Translations under genes and position numbers: made by a program
NCBI GenBank assembly: GCA_003171235.1
Contig: PMYM01000101.1
Span: 1-39,004, forward strand
Source: Phycisphaerales bacterium
GTDB taxonomy: Bacteria; Planctomycetota; Phycisphaerae; SM23-33
DNA: 39,004 bases
Reading direction: 5' to 3'
Notes under the pieces: model-generated
Databases searched by the model: none
What the model saw: only the letters and a program-made list of their open reading frames with translations
What the model was told of the DNA's origin: nothing
Shown here: positions 7,799-16,895 of the stretch, one piece after another
Position numbering within the stretch: position 1 is the stretch's first letter
Layout: each line of letters begins with the position of its first letter

Positions 7799-9199
7799 AT
7801 GCGTAGAGCGGCGGACAATCGTGGCATTGCCTACATCCTGGCCTTGGCCCTACTGGCGACTTTTTCGGCCATGGCGGTGGCCTACGCCGCCCAGACAAAT
7901 TCCAGCATGGTGGTGGCCGACAACACGGTGCACATCCAGGACGCTCAGTTCCAGGCCGAAAGCGGCATGAGCTATCTCTCCAGGGTGCTTCAGTCCATAC
8001 CCATGCTGCCCGGAGCCACCAATCAGCAGGCGCTGACCACGCTGAACCAGAATCTTCCTTCCGCCATCGGCAGCGCCAACTTGAACGGGCAATCCATCGG
8101 CTTCGACGGCACGTCCACGATCACCGTGCCCTTCATCAAGACCGATTCGAGCGGCCATGGTTTTGGGGCGCAACTGGCCTTATCGGGGACCGACTTCGTG
8201 CTGACGGTCACCGGGCGGAATGCCGACCCGGCAAGCCAGGCCCGCGGCCCCAACGCCATCCGCAAGATCAGCCTCAGGTTCCAGGCCGCCCAGAAGACGC
8301 CGGGGGCCTTTAACTACGGCGTGGCCAGCAAGAGCCAGATCACCCTCACCGGCAACACGAGAATAGACAGCACGCTCAACCCCAAGCCCAAGATTTATTC
8401 GGGAACCTACACCCACATCGACGCCGTGGACATCACCGGCAACTGCGCCATCGGCAGCGACCTGGACATCGCCAATCCCGACGGCATGGTGTCTCTGACG
8501 GGCAATTGCTCCATCGGCGGGGCCACCGTCGCCAGCGGGCATATTCAGGATCACATTAACATCGGGGTGGGGCAGACCGACTTTCCCCAGCCCGACCCGT
8601 CGGTTTTCGCCCCCTTTGCCACCAACATCGTCGATTCCTCCACCAACACCAACGGCAACAAGACCTTCACCAACATACGCATACGGGCTAACACCAACCC
8701 GACATTCTCGGGCAACATAACCCTCCAGGGCGTGGTGTACATTGAAACGCCCAACGTGGTGAGTTTCTCCGGCAACCTGGCCATCACCGGCGTGGTGGTC
8801 ACCCAGGACGCCGGGGACGGCAACCTGGCCAATAACAGCGTCAACTTCACCGGCAACACCTCGGTCCTGCCGGTGACCAGCCTGCCCAACACGGCCCCAT
8901 TCGCCACCCTGCGGACCATGCCCGGCACCTTCCTGTTGGCACCGGGTTTTGCCGCCAGATTCACGGGCAACTTCGGCACCATCAGCGGCACCATGGCCGC
9001 CGACTCATTCCAGTTCACCGGCAACGCTGGCGGCACGGTCAACGGCTGGGTGATGAACTGGGGCGATACGGCCTTCAGCATGACCGGCAACAGCAACCTG
9101 GTCGTGAACCCGCCGGCCAACGGCAGCATGCCGCCGGGATTCGGGGCTTCCACCCAGTTCCTGCCTGAGCAGGGCACCTACAGCGAACCGGCGCCTTAA
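7799..9199 (+). CDS. Pseudopilin/PilX-N-like anchored protein with T/S-G-N beta-helix repeats
   Basis: ATG at 7799 (MRRAADNRGIAYILALALLATFSAMAVAYA, a PilX/TadG-type N-terminal hydrophobic segment). At least 9 recurrences of (L/F/I)(T/S)GN (ITLTGNTRID, DITGNCAIGS, SLTGNCSIGG, FSGNITLQG, FSGNLAITG, FTGNTSV, FTGNFGTISG, FTGNAGGTVNG, MTGNSNLV). Confidence 0.7.
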   Translation: MRRAADNRGIAYILALALLATFSAMAVAYAAQTNSSMVVADNTVHIQDAQFQAESGMSYLSRVLQSIPMLPGATNQQALTTLNQNLPSAIGSANLNGQSIGFDGTSTITVPFIKTDSSGHGFGAQLALSGTDFVLTVTGRNADPASQARGPNAIRKISLRFQAAQKTPGAFNYGVASKSQITLTGNTRIDSTLNPKPKIYSGTYTHIDAVDITGNCAIGSDLDIANPDGMVSLTGNCSIGGATVASGHIQDHINIGVGQTDFPQPDPSVFAPFATNIVDSSTNTNGNKTFTNIRIRANTNPTFSGNITLQGVVYIETPNVVSFSGNLAITGVVVTQDAGDGNLANNSVNFTGNTSVLPVTSLPNTAPFATLRTMPGTFLLAPGFAARFTGNFGTISGTMAADSFQFTGNAGGTVNGWVMNWGDTAFSMTGNSNLVVNPPANGSMPPGFGASTQFLPEQGTYSEPAP

Positions 9200-9292
9200 G
9201 AGCCCCTAACAGAATGTCGCGTGAGCCGCGTTGCGACCAATAGCCGCCTGCCTTCAAACCCGGCGCGCCGTCGGCCAGGGTGCCATGTTATT

Positions 9293-9311
9293 CACGGCCG
9301 AGACGGCCGTG
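9293..9311. repeat. GAGA-loop palindromic hairpin (REP-like family 1)
   Basis: CACGGCCGAGACGGCCGTG, part of a 22-nt exact match to the 1679 copy (tCACGGCCGAGACGGCCGTGcc). Lies 18 nt past the stop of the minus-strand GH20-like gene, in a convergent intergenic region. Confidence 0.7.
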
Positions 9312-9328
9312 CCGCTTGCAGCGACCTG

Positions 9329-10765
9329 CTACGGGGTCTTGAGGGGCAGTTCCGGGGCCACGGTGTTCCACGCTCCGGCCTGGCCGAACATGGCCGTGTA
9401 CGCATCCGGCTCCAGCACCCGCACCCGCGCATCCAGCGAGCCCAATTCCTCCCACAGCGGCTCCAGCCGTTCGCCCAGGTAGCGGTCGATCCAGATTTCG
9501 TCCAGCAGGCCGGCAAAGGCCCTACGGAACTTGGCCGCGGCCGTGTCACCGCCGGCCCGCATGTGCCGCCGCAGGTGCCGCAGGAACTCGCACGCCTGGC
9601 CGCTGCCGCGCCGCCGGCAGTCCATCGTCCCCACGTAGATCTGCTCGCGCAGGTTCTGGATCTCCCGCCAGCCGTAATGGCGCACGCCCGCCAGTTCTTT
9701 CATGGCGGCCACGCAGGTCTCCAGCCGCGGGCGCTCGCCCAACTCCTCCAGCAGGCCTTTGCACGCCTCCAGGCCGCCCTGGGGGGCCTGGCCATCGTGC
9801 AGGCAAACGCCCACCAGCACCAGGCAGTCCAAGGCGGCGTCGATGGGCACGCACTGCATCTGGTGGGTGTTGAAACGGCTCCAGGCCGTGGCGAACAGGC
9901 CCTTCAGGCCGAAGCGCGGCGTCACTTCCGCCCACGCCAGGGCGTTGATCTGCCGGGCTTGGGCATCGGGCAACTCGGCGGAATGCCCGCTACCGTTCTT
10001 GTAGCAGGTGGCCCCCCACAGCGGGATGCCGTGGTCCTTGAAGCGCTGGATGACTTCGCTGCGCGAGTGATAGTCCCACTGGTCGGGGTGGCCGTCGTAG
10101 CCCCACGGGCACAGGTCGGCCTTCTTGCCGATGGCTCGCAGCGCCTCGGGCGACTCCCAGTGCGACATCATGTCCGACCACAGGATGGGCCGGATGCCAA
10201 GGGCGCTTAGCTTGTCCAGGATCGGCTCGACGTGGTGCAGGTACAACGCCCCCTTGCCGTGCCGCTCGACGTAGGCCTTGGTGTCGGGATGCTGGCCGAA
10301 GCTCCAGGCCTCGTCGCCCCCCAGGTGGAAGCGTTTCACGTCAGGCAGCAGGCGCAGCACGTCATCGATCATCGCCTCGACCAGTTGGCGGGCGCCCGGG
10401 GCTAAGGGGTTCAGGCAGTTAGACAGGTGGGGGAGTTCCCGCAGGTGCTCGTAGCCGCGCACCGACAGCGGCGTCTCCATGTGGCCCAGGCACTGCACCA
10501 GCGGAATGATCTCCAGCCCCAGCCGCCCGGCCTGGTCGGCGAAGCTACGAACGTCGGCCTCGCAGTAGGCCGTCTCGCAGCGGAAACGCTCGTCCACCGT
10601 CCAGGGGAACATGTCTTCCCATTCCACCAGCAGGGCGTTGTAGCGGGCGGCTGCGGCGATCTTCAGCAGTTCCAACAGCCGCCTGGGTGTGGGCGGAACG
10701 CCCTTGAGGTCCAGGTGCAGGCCGCGAACGGGTACCACCGGTTGTGGGCTGCGGAAAAGACTCAT
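9329..10765 (-). CDS. Glycoside hydrolase family 20-like (beta-N-acetylhexosaminidase-type catalytic domain)
   Basis: ATG at 10765 preceded by gcagaAGGAGtcaggt. FHLGGDEAW matches the H-x-G-G-D-E catalytic motif of GH20. N-terminal RGLHLDLKG...LLVEWEDMFPW fits a TIM-barrel start. Confidence 0.7.
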   Translation of the reverse strand: MSLFRSPQPVVPVRGLHLDLKGVPPTPRRLLELLKIAAAARYNALLVEWEDMFPWTVDERFRCETAYCEADVRSFADQAGRLGLEIIPLVQCLGHMETPLSVRGYEHLRELPHLSNCLNPLAPGARQLVEAMIDDVLRLLPDVKRFHLGGDEAWSFGQHPDTKAYVERHGKGALYLHHVEPILDKLSALGIRPILWSDMMSHWESPEALRAIGKKADLCPWGYDGHPDQWDYHSRSEVIQRFKDHGIPLWGATCYKNGSGHSAELPDAQARQINALAWAEVTPRFGLKGLFATAWSRFNTHQMQCVPIDAALDCLVLVGVCLHDGQAPQGGLEACKGLLEELGERPRLETCVAAMKELAGVRHYGWREIQNLREQIYVGTMDCRRRGSGQACEFLRHLRRHMRAGGDTAAAKFRRAFAGLLDEIWIDRYLGERLEPLWEELGSLDARVRVLEPDAYTAMFGQAGAWNTVAPELPLKTP

Positions 10766-10966
10766 ACCTGACTCCTTCTGCTTTGCGTAAGCGCATTCTA
10801 CAGGGCGCACATCCTACTGGACCGGCGACCAAGTCCGAAACTGGAATCAAGAGATGCCGCGGACAAGAGGTCGGCTTTCGGGTGGGGGAGCCTCATCTGC
10901 TGGTGTACCCGCAAACAAGGTAGGCACACAGATTCAGCGCACATGCCGCTGCCATATCTTCTCCGA

Positions 10967-11692
10967 CTAGGCGGTCGGCGGCCTGCCTTCTCCGGAAGAT
11001 GCTGGCTGGCTTGGGGGAGGGCCATCTGACCCAGGCGGCAGAATCTCAGGCGCCGGTTGAGAAGCCTGCGAAGCGCCCCGCTTCATCCGTGAGGTGGAAA
11101 TGAAAAGGTGGATCAAAGGGACGAAAAAGATCGGAATCAGGAGCAAGGCCCATGTGCCAAGGTTGTAGTCAAACGGTCTTCCCCCGAGCATGCTGGCCGC
11201 CAGAATCAGGTAACAGGCTCCAATCGGAATGAGATATATGACAATGAAAAGGACGCGAGTGGTCCTCCAACTGTTTCCCGCTGATCCAAGTCCCGCCTTC
11301 AGGCAGAACTCCAGCATGCACCCGCAGAAGATCACAATGGCCACCAGGCTCAGCATGCTGATAAGCAGTAGTAACATCGAGATGGCGCGGGAAATCGCAC
11401 GGGCGTCAAACTGCATGATGACGCTCTTGACGAGTGACAACAACGCCATAACGAGGACGAATAGCATCAAGCTGCGGTAGCGGGCACTCACCGGGAAGCC
11501 TGACAATTTGCCCACGCCCCATGTTATCAGCAACATCCCCAGGACATCGTTGAGAAGGTCGAACCCATTGATTCGGAAATCCAGCACGATGAGCAACCCG
11601 CCCCAGAAGATCATCCGTAGCGGGCCGACGACCGTCTTAAGCTGGTTCAGTAGTGATGGCGACGCTGCTTCGATAGAACTGGGCGATTCCAT
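10967..11692 (-). CDS. Multi-pass membrane protein of unknown function (low-GC gene)
   Basis: ATG at 11692 (MESPSS...). At least 6 hydrophobic helices and a Pro/Ser-rich C-terminal tail. Two hand-counted 60-nt lines give 48% and 55% G+C, against about 70% in a neighbouring gene line. Confidence 0.6.
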   Translation of the reverse strand: MESPSSIEAASPSLLNQLKTVVGPLRMIFWGGLLIVLDFRINGFDLLNDVLGMLLITWGVGKLSGFPVSARYRSLMLFVLVMALLSLVKSVIMQFDARAISRAISMLLLLISMLSLVAIVIFCGCMLEFCLKAGLGSAGNSWRTTRVLFIVIYLIPIGACYLILAASMLGGRPFDYNLGTWALLLIPIFFVPLIHLFISTSRMKRGASQASQPAPEILPPGSDGPPPSQPASSGEGRPPTA

Positions 11693-11881
11693 GTCTTGAT
11701 CTCCCCATCGCCAATGTTGACGACCGCTTCTCAAAGGCGAATGCCATGTCGGCATTCTAACGACAAGAAAGTAGAAAGTGGAGAGAGGCCGCACAGAGCG
11801 TCTTGCCGCAAGTGGGCAACTGCCCATCTCTCGTGGCGTTGCCGCTTCTTCTACTCTCTCCTTTCTTCGCTCTCCGCTCCA

Positions 11882-11913
11882 GTGAAAAGGCCGCCCAAGG
11901 GCGGCCTTTTCAC
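11882..11913. terminator. Strong palindromic stem-loop abutting the tRNA 3' end (bidirectional terminator-like)
   Basis: GTGAAAAGGCCGCCC-aa-GGGCGGCCTTTTCAC. The GC-rich stem carries a T/A run on both sides and sits immediately downstream of the tRNA discriminator base. Confidence 0.6.
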
Positions 11914-11987
11914 TACGCCCGCCGCGACTCGAACGCGGAACCTGCGGTTTAGAAGACCGCTGCTCTGTCCACTTGAGCTACGGGCGC
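11914..11987 (-). tRNA. tRNA-Arg (anticodon UCU)
   Basis: Reverse complement GCGCCCG-TA-GCTC-AAGTGGACA-GAGC-A-GCGGT-CTTCTAA-ACCGC-AGGTT-CCGCG-TTCGAGT-CGCGG-CGGGCGT-A folds into a full cloverleaf by hand. It has a 7-bp acceptor with G1.U72, a T-loop TTCGAGT and anticodon loop C-T-TCT-A-A. CCA is not encoded. Confidence 0.9.
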
Positions 11988-12114
11988 AACATACTTCTAC
12001 AGAATAGCTTATACGTATAGCCTTCGAACCATGCTCTTCTTCTGACGACAACCGATGCTGGGGATAGGGTATCCTTACACTGACGCATGACATCGGCACA
12101 GTAGTGCCAAGGAC

Positions 12115-12400
12115 TTGCCCAGGGCAAGGCTCGCAAAACCCAGGAAGCCTCAGAAGCCTTGTCGGTCATTTCCGCTGACTGCCCACAACAACGGCCAGTG
12201 GTGCAAGAAGATCCAGGGCAAGGTACGCTTTTTCGGCGTTTGGGCTGATTCTCAAGCCGCTCTGGACAAGTACTTTCGGGTCGCGGCTGACCTTCATGCC
12301 GGACGGCAGCCACAACAGGCCACTCTATCCCCGGATACGATTGCGGTCAAGGCCGTCTGCAACCACTATCTGACCCATCAACAGCACAAGGTTGATTCCG
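12115..12400 (+). pseudogene. Tyrosine-recombinase (phage-type integrase) N-terminal fragment
   Basis: KPRKPQKPCRSFPLTAHNNGQWCKKIQGKVRFFGVWADSQAALDKYFRVAADLHAGRQP resembles the N-terminal arm of integrases common in planctomycetes. The ORF starts at a TTG, loses similarity after about 95 aa and stops at 114 aa. No catalytic domain follows. Confidence 0.5.
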
Positions 12401-12536
12401 GCTTGGCCTTGCCCAAAAAGGCCTGGGCGGGAAGAAAGGGCGTGGGGCCCATGCCCTGAACCGGGCTATCACCGTGATCCGAGGACAGTCTAAGTCGCGC
12501 GCTGTCAGATGTAGTTTTCGGGATGGACGCGGCCCC

Positions 12537-13619
12537 TTACTTCGCCGAGGGGACGGTGCTGGGCTTGGAAGCGGGCATTCCGGCCCCCTCTGCCGCGCCG
12601 ACCACCAGAAGTCCGAACTTGGGCGGGCCGCCGCCTTCGCCAGGAATGTTGCAGGGCAAGTAGAACCGGCGGGTCTTGGGGTCGCCCCAAACCGTCCTGG
12701 CGCCCTTGACCGTAGTGAGCGTCTGCACCACGGCAAACTGCCCAGCTGGCCCTTCCCGCACCGCCGTCAGGGTGCCGTCCCGGCCGTTGGCGGTCACCGC
12801 CAGCCCCAACGCCGGATCAAACGCGACGCCGTCAATGCCGGACCCCGCCGCCGGGCTGGCCAGCACCTTGCCGGTGCCCGCGTCTAATACGACCATCTTT
12901 TGGTTCCCGCAGCCGACGAACAGCCGCCCGTGGGCAACGTCCATCGCCAGCCCCGTGGGGCTCTCGCCCGGAGCAACGGGCCAGTACGCGGTCACCTTCT
13001 GCTGTTTGCTGTCGATGACGGCCACTTCGTTCTTGTCTTCCACGTTGACATACACGTGGCCGGCGCCGTCAGCCACCGCGAACTCCAGCGTCCCGCCGAC
13101 TGGCAGCGTGACAGGCTCCTTGTCCAAGGTCGCGGGGTCGATGATGGTAATGTCGCCGCTGGTGTGGTTGAAGGCGTAGACTTTCTGGCTGGCGGGATCG
13201 TACAGGATGGCATCGGGGTTCTGGCCGGCCTTGACCTTCTGCGAGACTTTGAGTGTCTTCAGGTCGAAGACGGCGACGGCGCCTTCCCGGCCGCAGGTCG
13301 CGAAGCCCAGGTTGTGATCCGGCACCAGGGCGATGCCATGAACGCCAGTTGTATCGGCCACCTCGCCAAGGAGCTTCCCCGCCTCGATGTCGAACACCAT
13401 GACACGCGTCGCCCGCGAGACGTACACCCGCTTGCCCTCCGGATCGACCGTCAGGTAGTCCCACCCGCCGGTACCGTCGCCGGGGATGGCCTTCAGCACC
13501 GCAAGCTCGCCGGCCGGGGCGCTGGCGGCAGGCGGGTCGGCTCGGGCAATCCACAATCCCGCCAACAGGGCAAAGAATCCGATCCCGACCGCCAGAGGCG
13601 CAAAAACGCGATGTGGCAT
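12537..13619 (-). CDS. YncE/YVTN-like beta-propeller repeat protein (secreted)
   Basis: Signal/anchor MPHRVFAPLAVGIGFFALLAGLWIARA. Repeated ...G..P.GIA.D.....VYV.N.....V.VID-type blades (RVYVSRATRVMVFDIEAGK, KVYAFNHTSGDITIIDPAT, HVYVNVEDKNEVAVIDSKQ, RLFVGCGNQKMVVLDAGTG). Confidence 0.75.
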   Translation of the reverse strand: MPHRVFAPLAVGIGFFALLAGLWIARADPPAASAPAGELAVLKAIPGDGTGGWDYLTVDPEGKRVYVSRATRVMVFDIEAGKLLGEVADTTGVHGIALVPDHNLGFATCGREGAVAVFDLKTLKVSQKVKAGQNPDAILYDPASQKVYAFNHTSGDITIIDPATLDKEPVTLPVGGTLEFAVADGAGHVYVNVEDKNEVAVIDSKQQKVTAYWPVAPGESPTGLAMDVAHGRLFVGCGNQKMVVLDAGTGKVLASPAAGSGIDGVAFDPALGLAVTANGRDGTLTAVREGPAGQFAVVQTLTTVKGARTVWGDPKTRRFYLPCNIPGEGGGPPKFGLLVVGAAEGAGMPASKPSTVPSAK

Positions 13620-13867
13620 GGCAATCTCCTTTTTCTATTTCATTGACGAAGCCGAATTCAAATTATAGCCAGGCAGGCCGGATGCCGTGGTCTCTGCCCG
13701 TGGCTCAGATCTGCCCGGCGGCTGGGCCTGCCGCGCCCGGCTGTGCGCCGCGACAGGGTCGATGCAACAAGTGAGCATGGCGGGCGTTTGTTACTTGTGT
13801 GTACCGCCAGCACCGACAAGCTGACGCTGGGGTGCGGCAACGTGTACACTGAGAGCCTCGGACACTT

Positions 13868-15457
13868 ATGAAACCAGAAGGAACGATGGCCCGACCGCTG
13901 CTGATGCTGGCGACTGTCCTGGTGGGATTTCTGGCCCTGGCGCCAGCCGCCGGGCCGACGTCGAGGCCTCTTGAGAGTAATGCCTCCCAGCCGGCCAGCC
14001 AGATCGACCTGTTGGTGTTCGCCCAGTTGAAGAAGTTGGGGGTTCAGCCGGGCGAGGTCTGCTCGGACGGCGTTTTTATGCGGCGCGTGTACCTGGACGC
14101 CATCGGCACGCTGCCCACGGAGGAGGAGACCCGCGAGTTCCTGGCCAGTAAAGACCTAGACAAGCGACAAGCGCTGGTCGGTCGCCTGCTCGAGCGGAAG
14201 GAATTCGCCGACTATTGGGCCATGAAGTGGAGCGACCTGTTGCGGGTCAAGGCCGAGTTCCCGATCAACCTTTGGCCTAACGCCGCTCAGGCGTATCACC
14301 ATTGGATTTGGGAGTCCATCAACCAGAACAAGCCTTACGACCGGTTCGTGCGGGAACTGCTGACGGCAAGCGGCAGCAATTTCCGCGTGCCGCCGGTCAA
14401 CTTCTACCGCGCCATTCAGAGCAAGCAGCCGCAGGCGATCGCCCAGGTCGTGGCCCTGACCTTTATGGGCGCGAGAGCGGAGGCCTGGCCGAAGGATCGG
14501 CTGGCGGGCATGGCGGCCTTTTTCGCCCAGGTCGGGTATAAGTCCACCCAGGAGTGGAAAGAGGAGATCGTCTTCCTCGATGTCAGCCAGGCCGCCGCCG
14601 CGGCCACTCAGCCGGCGCCGGTATTTCCCGACGGCACGGCCGCCAGGCTGGTTGCCGGCGGCGATCCGCGCGAGGCCTTCGCCGACTGGCTCATCGACCC
14701 CGGCAACCCGTGGTTTACCCGGAGCATCGTCAATCGCATCTGGTGCTGGTTGCTGGGTCGAGGCATTATTCACGAGCCCGACGACATTCGGCCGGACAAC
14801 CCCCCGAGCAATCCCCAACTGCTGGCCTACCTGGAGCGAGAACTGATCGCCTCGCACTATGATCTCAAGCACATCTATCGCTTGATCCTGACGTCCAGGA
14901 CTTACCAGCTCTCCTGCGCCGCCCCCACGTCCGGGCCGACCAGCGCGGCCAGCTTTGCCCGGTACCAACTGCGCCGGCTGGAGGCCGAGGTGCTCATCGA
15001 CGCCATCTGCCAGATTACCGGCACTACGGAAAAGTACTCCAGTCCGGTGCCGGAGCCCTTTACGTTCATACCTGAAGGCCAGCGGTCAGTCACGCTGCCC
15101 GACGGCAGCATCAGCAGTCCGTTCCTGGAGATGTTCGGCCGCCCACCGCGGGACACGGGCCTGGAGTCTGAGCGGAACAACCGCTCGACGGCCGACCAGC
15201 AACTGCACCTGCTCAACTCCAGCCACATTCAGCGAAAGATCGAGCAAGGCCCCAAACTGCGGGCTCTGATTCAGGGCCGGGCCACTCCGCGCGAAACGAC
15301 CACGCGGCTTTACCTGACGATATTGTCTCGATTCCCGACCGAGGACGAACTCAAGATCGTGGACGCATATTTCAAGGCCGCCGCCAATGGGCGCGACGCG
15401 GCCGTTGACCTGGCGTGGGCCCTGATCAACAGCGACGAGTTTCTGTATCGACATTGA
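13868..15457 (+). CDS. DUF1549/DUF1553 domain protein
   Basis: FMRRVYLDAIGTLPTEEETREFL (DUF1549-type) followed by a DUF1553-type C-terminal half (YQLRRLEAEVLIDAICQITG..., LHLLNSSHI, ALINSDEFLYRH). The alternative start ATG at 13886 has the better RBS (agaaggaacg). No cytochrome-c module. Confidence 0.8.
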   Translation: MKPEGTMARPLLMLATVLVGFLALAPAAGPTSRPLESNASQPASQIDLLVFAQLKKLGVQPGEVCSDGVFMRRVYLDAIGTLPTEEETREFLASKDLDKRQALVGRLLERKEFADYWAMKWSDLLRVKAEFPINLWPNAAQAYHHWIWESINQNKPYDRFVRELLTASGSNFRVPPVNFYRAIQSKQPQAIAQVVALTFMGARAEAWPKDRLAGMAAFFAQVGYKSTQEWKEEIVFLDVSQAAAAATQPAPVFPDGTAARLVAGGDPREAFADWLIDPGNPWFTRSIVNRIWCWLLGRGIIHEPDDIRPDNPPSNPQLLAYLERELIASHYDLKHIYRLILTSRTYQLSCAAPTSGPTSAASFARYQLRRLEAEVLIDAICQITGTTEKYSSPVPEPFTFIPEGQRSVTLPDGSISSPFLEMFGRPPRDTGLESERNNRSTADQQLHLLNSSHIQRKIEQGPKLRALIQGRATPRETTTRLYLTILSRFPTEDELKIVDAYFKAAANGRDAAVDLAWALINSDEFLYRH

Positions 15458-15500
15458 GTCTCCCGCAGGCGACTACGGGCGACGATATGAGCATGACCAT

Positions 15501-16895
15501 ATGAGCAACAAGAATCCTGCGAAATTCATCGCTGACCTGTGTCAGTTGCGAATCCCCCGGCGGGATATGCTGCGCCTGGGGCTGGCCGGGGCGGCGGGCT
15601 GGCTGTTGTCCAGGGGCGACTCTCTGCGCGCCCTGGCCGGCGCTGCCACGCAGGCTAGCACAGGCGTCTCGCCGGTGCTACCAAGAGCCAAGGCCAAGGC
15701 CGTCATCCAGATATGGCTGTGGGGCGGGCCGGCGCAGCTTGACACTTTTGACCCCAAGCCCGATGCCGGCAACGACTATTGCGGCCCGTTGAAAAGCCCA
15801 ATCGCCACCAATGTGGATGGGATTCGCATCTGCGAACTGCTGCCGCAACTGGCCAAGCAGGCCGACAAGTACTCCATAATCCGCAGCATGACTCACGGGG
15901 TGAACGCCCACGAGACGGCCTCCTACATGGTTCAGACCGGCCGGCCGGCGGGGGAGCGGCTGGTGTACCCGTGCGCCGGGGCGGTGGTGTCGGTGTTCAA
16001 AGGCTACGACGCCGGCTACAAGGGGCAGATTCCGCCGTATGTAGTGCTTACGGAACCGCAGGGGCGATTCTCCGAATCAGGCTTCCTGGGAATGCGCTAC
16101 AAGCCCTTTGCCACCGGCGGCGACCCGGCCCAGAGCCGCTTCAACGTCGAGGGCATTGTCGCCCAGGGCATATCAGACCAGCGGCAACTGGAGCGGCGAG
16201 ACCTGCTGGGCAAACTCAATACCCTGGGTCAGGTCATGCCGGGCGATCCCCAGTTGGCGGCCTCGGAGAATGCACGCAAACAGGCCTACGACCTGATGCT
16301 TGGAGAGTCTGCCAAGCTGTTCGACCTTTCGCAGGAGAAAAACGAGCTGCGCGACCTGTACGGCCGCACGACCTTCGGGCAGTCCTGCCTGATGGCCAGG
16401 CGGCTGGTCGAGTGCGGGGTGCCATACGTCACCATCAATTACAAGGGATGGGACACGCACAAGCAGCATTTCCAGGCCATGCGGCGGATGCTGCCCGACA
16501 TGGACAAGGGCTTTGCGACCTTGCTGCAGGATTTGTCAGACCGCGGCCTGCTGGACAGCACCATCGTCTGGTGGGGCGGCGAATTCGGCCGGACACCTAA
16601 GATCCAGTGGGAGGCGCCCTGGAACGGTGGGCGCGGCCACTGGGGCAACGCTTTTTCGGTCGTCGTTGCCGGCGGCGGGTTCAAAGGTGGGCGGGTCGTC
16701 GGCTCCACCGACGCCCGCGGCGAGGAAGTGAAAGACCGGCCGGTATACCCGGTTGATCTCATTGCCAGCATGTACGAGTTGCTGGGCATAGATCCCGACG
16801 GGCAACTGCCCAATGCCCAGGGCCTGTCCGTCCGGGTAACGCCCTCCAAGGCCGACGGGGTCAAGATGGGCGGGCGGCTGAAGGAGATCATGTGA
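15501..16895 (+). CDS. DUF1501 domain protein (sulfatase/phosphatase-like fold, Tat signal)
   Basis: Twin-arginine motif IPRRDMLRLGLAGAAG. WGGPAQLDTFDPKP and WWGGEFGRTPKI are typical DUF1501 signatures. It follows the DUF1549/1553 gene, as is usual for this pair. Confidence 0.8.
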   Translation: MSNKNPAKFIADLCQLRIPRRDMLRLGLAGAAGWLLSRGDSLRALAGAATQASTGVSPVLPRAKAKAVIQIWLWGGPAQLDTFDPKPDAGNDYCGPLKSPIATNVDGIRICELLPQLAKQADKYSIIRSMTHGVNAHETASYMVQTGRPAGERLVYPCAGAVVSVFKGYDAGYKGQIPPYVVLTEPQGRFSESGFLGMRYKPFATGGDPAQSRFNVEGIVAQGISDQRQLERRDLLGKLNTLGQVMPGDPQLAASENARKQAYDLMLGESAKLFDLSQEKNELRDLYGRTTFGQSCLMARRLVECGVPYVTINYKGWDTHKQHFQAMRRMLPDMDKGFATLLQDLSDRGLLDSTIVWWGGEFGRTPKIQWEAPWNGGRGHWGNAFSVVVAGGGFKGGRVVGSTDARGEEVKDRPVYPVDLIASMYELLGIDPDGQLPNAQGLSVRVTPSKADGVKMGGRLKEIM

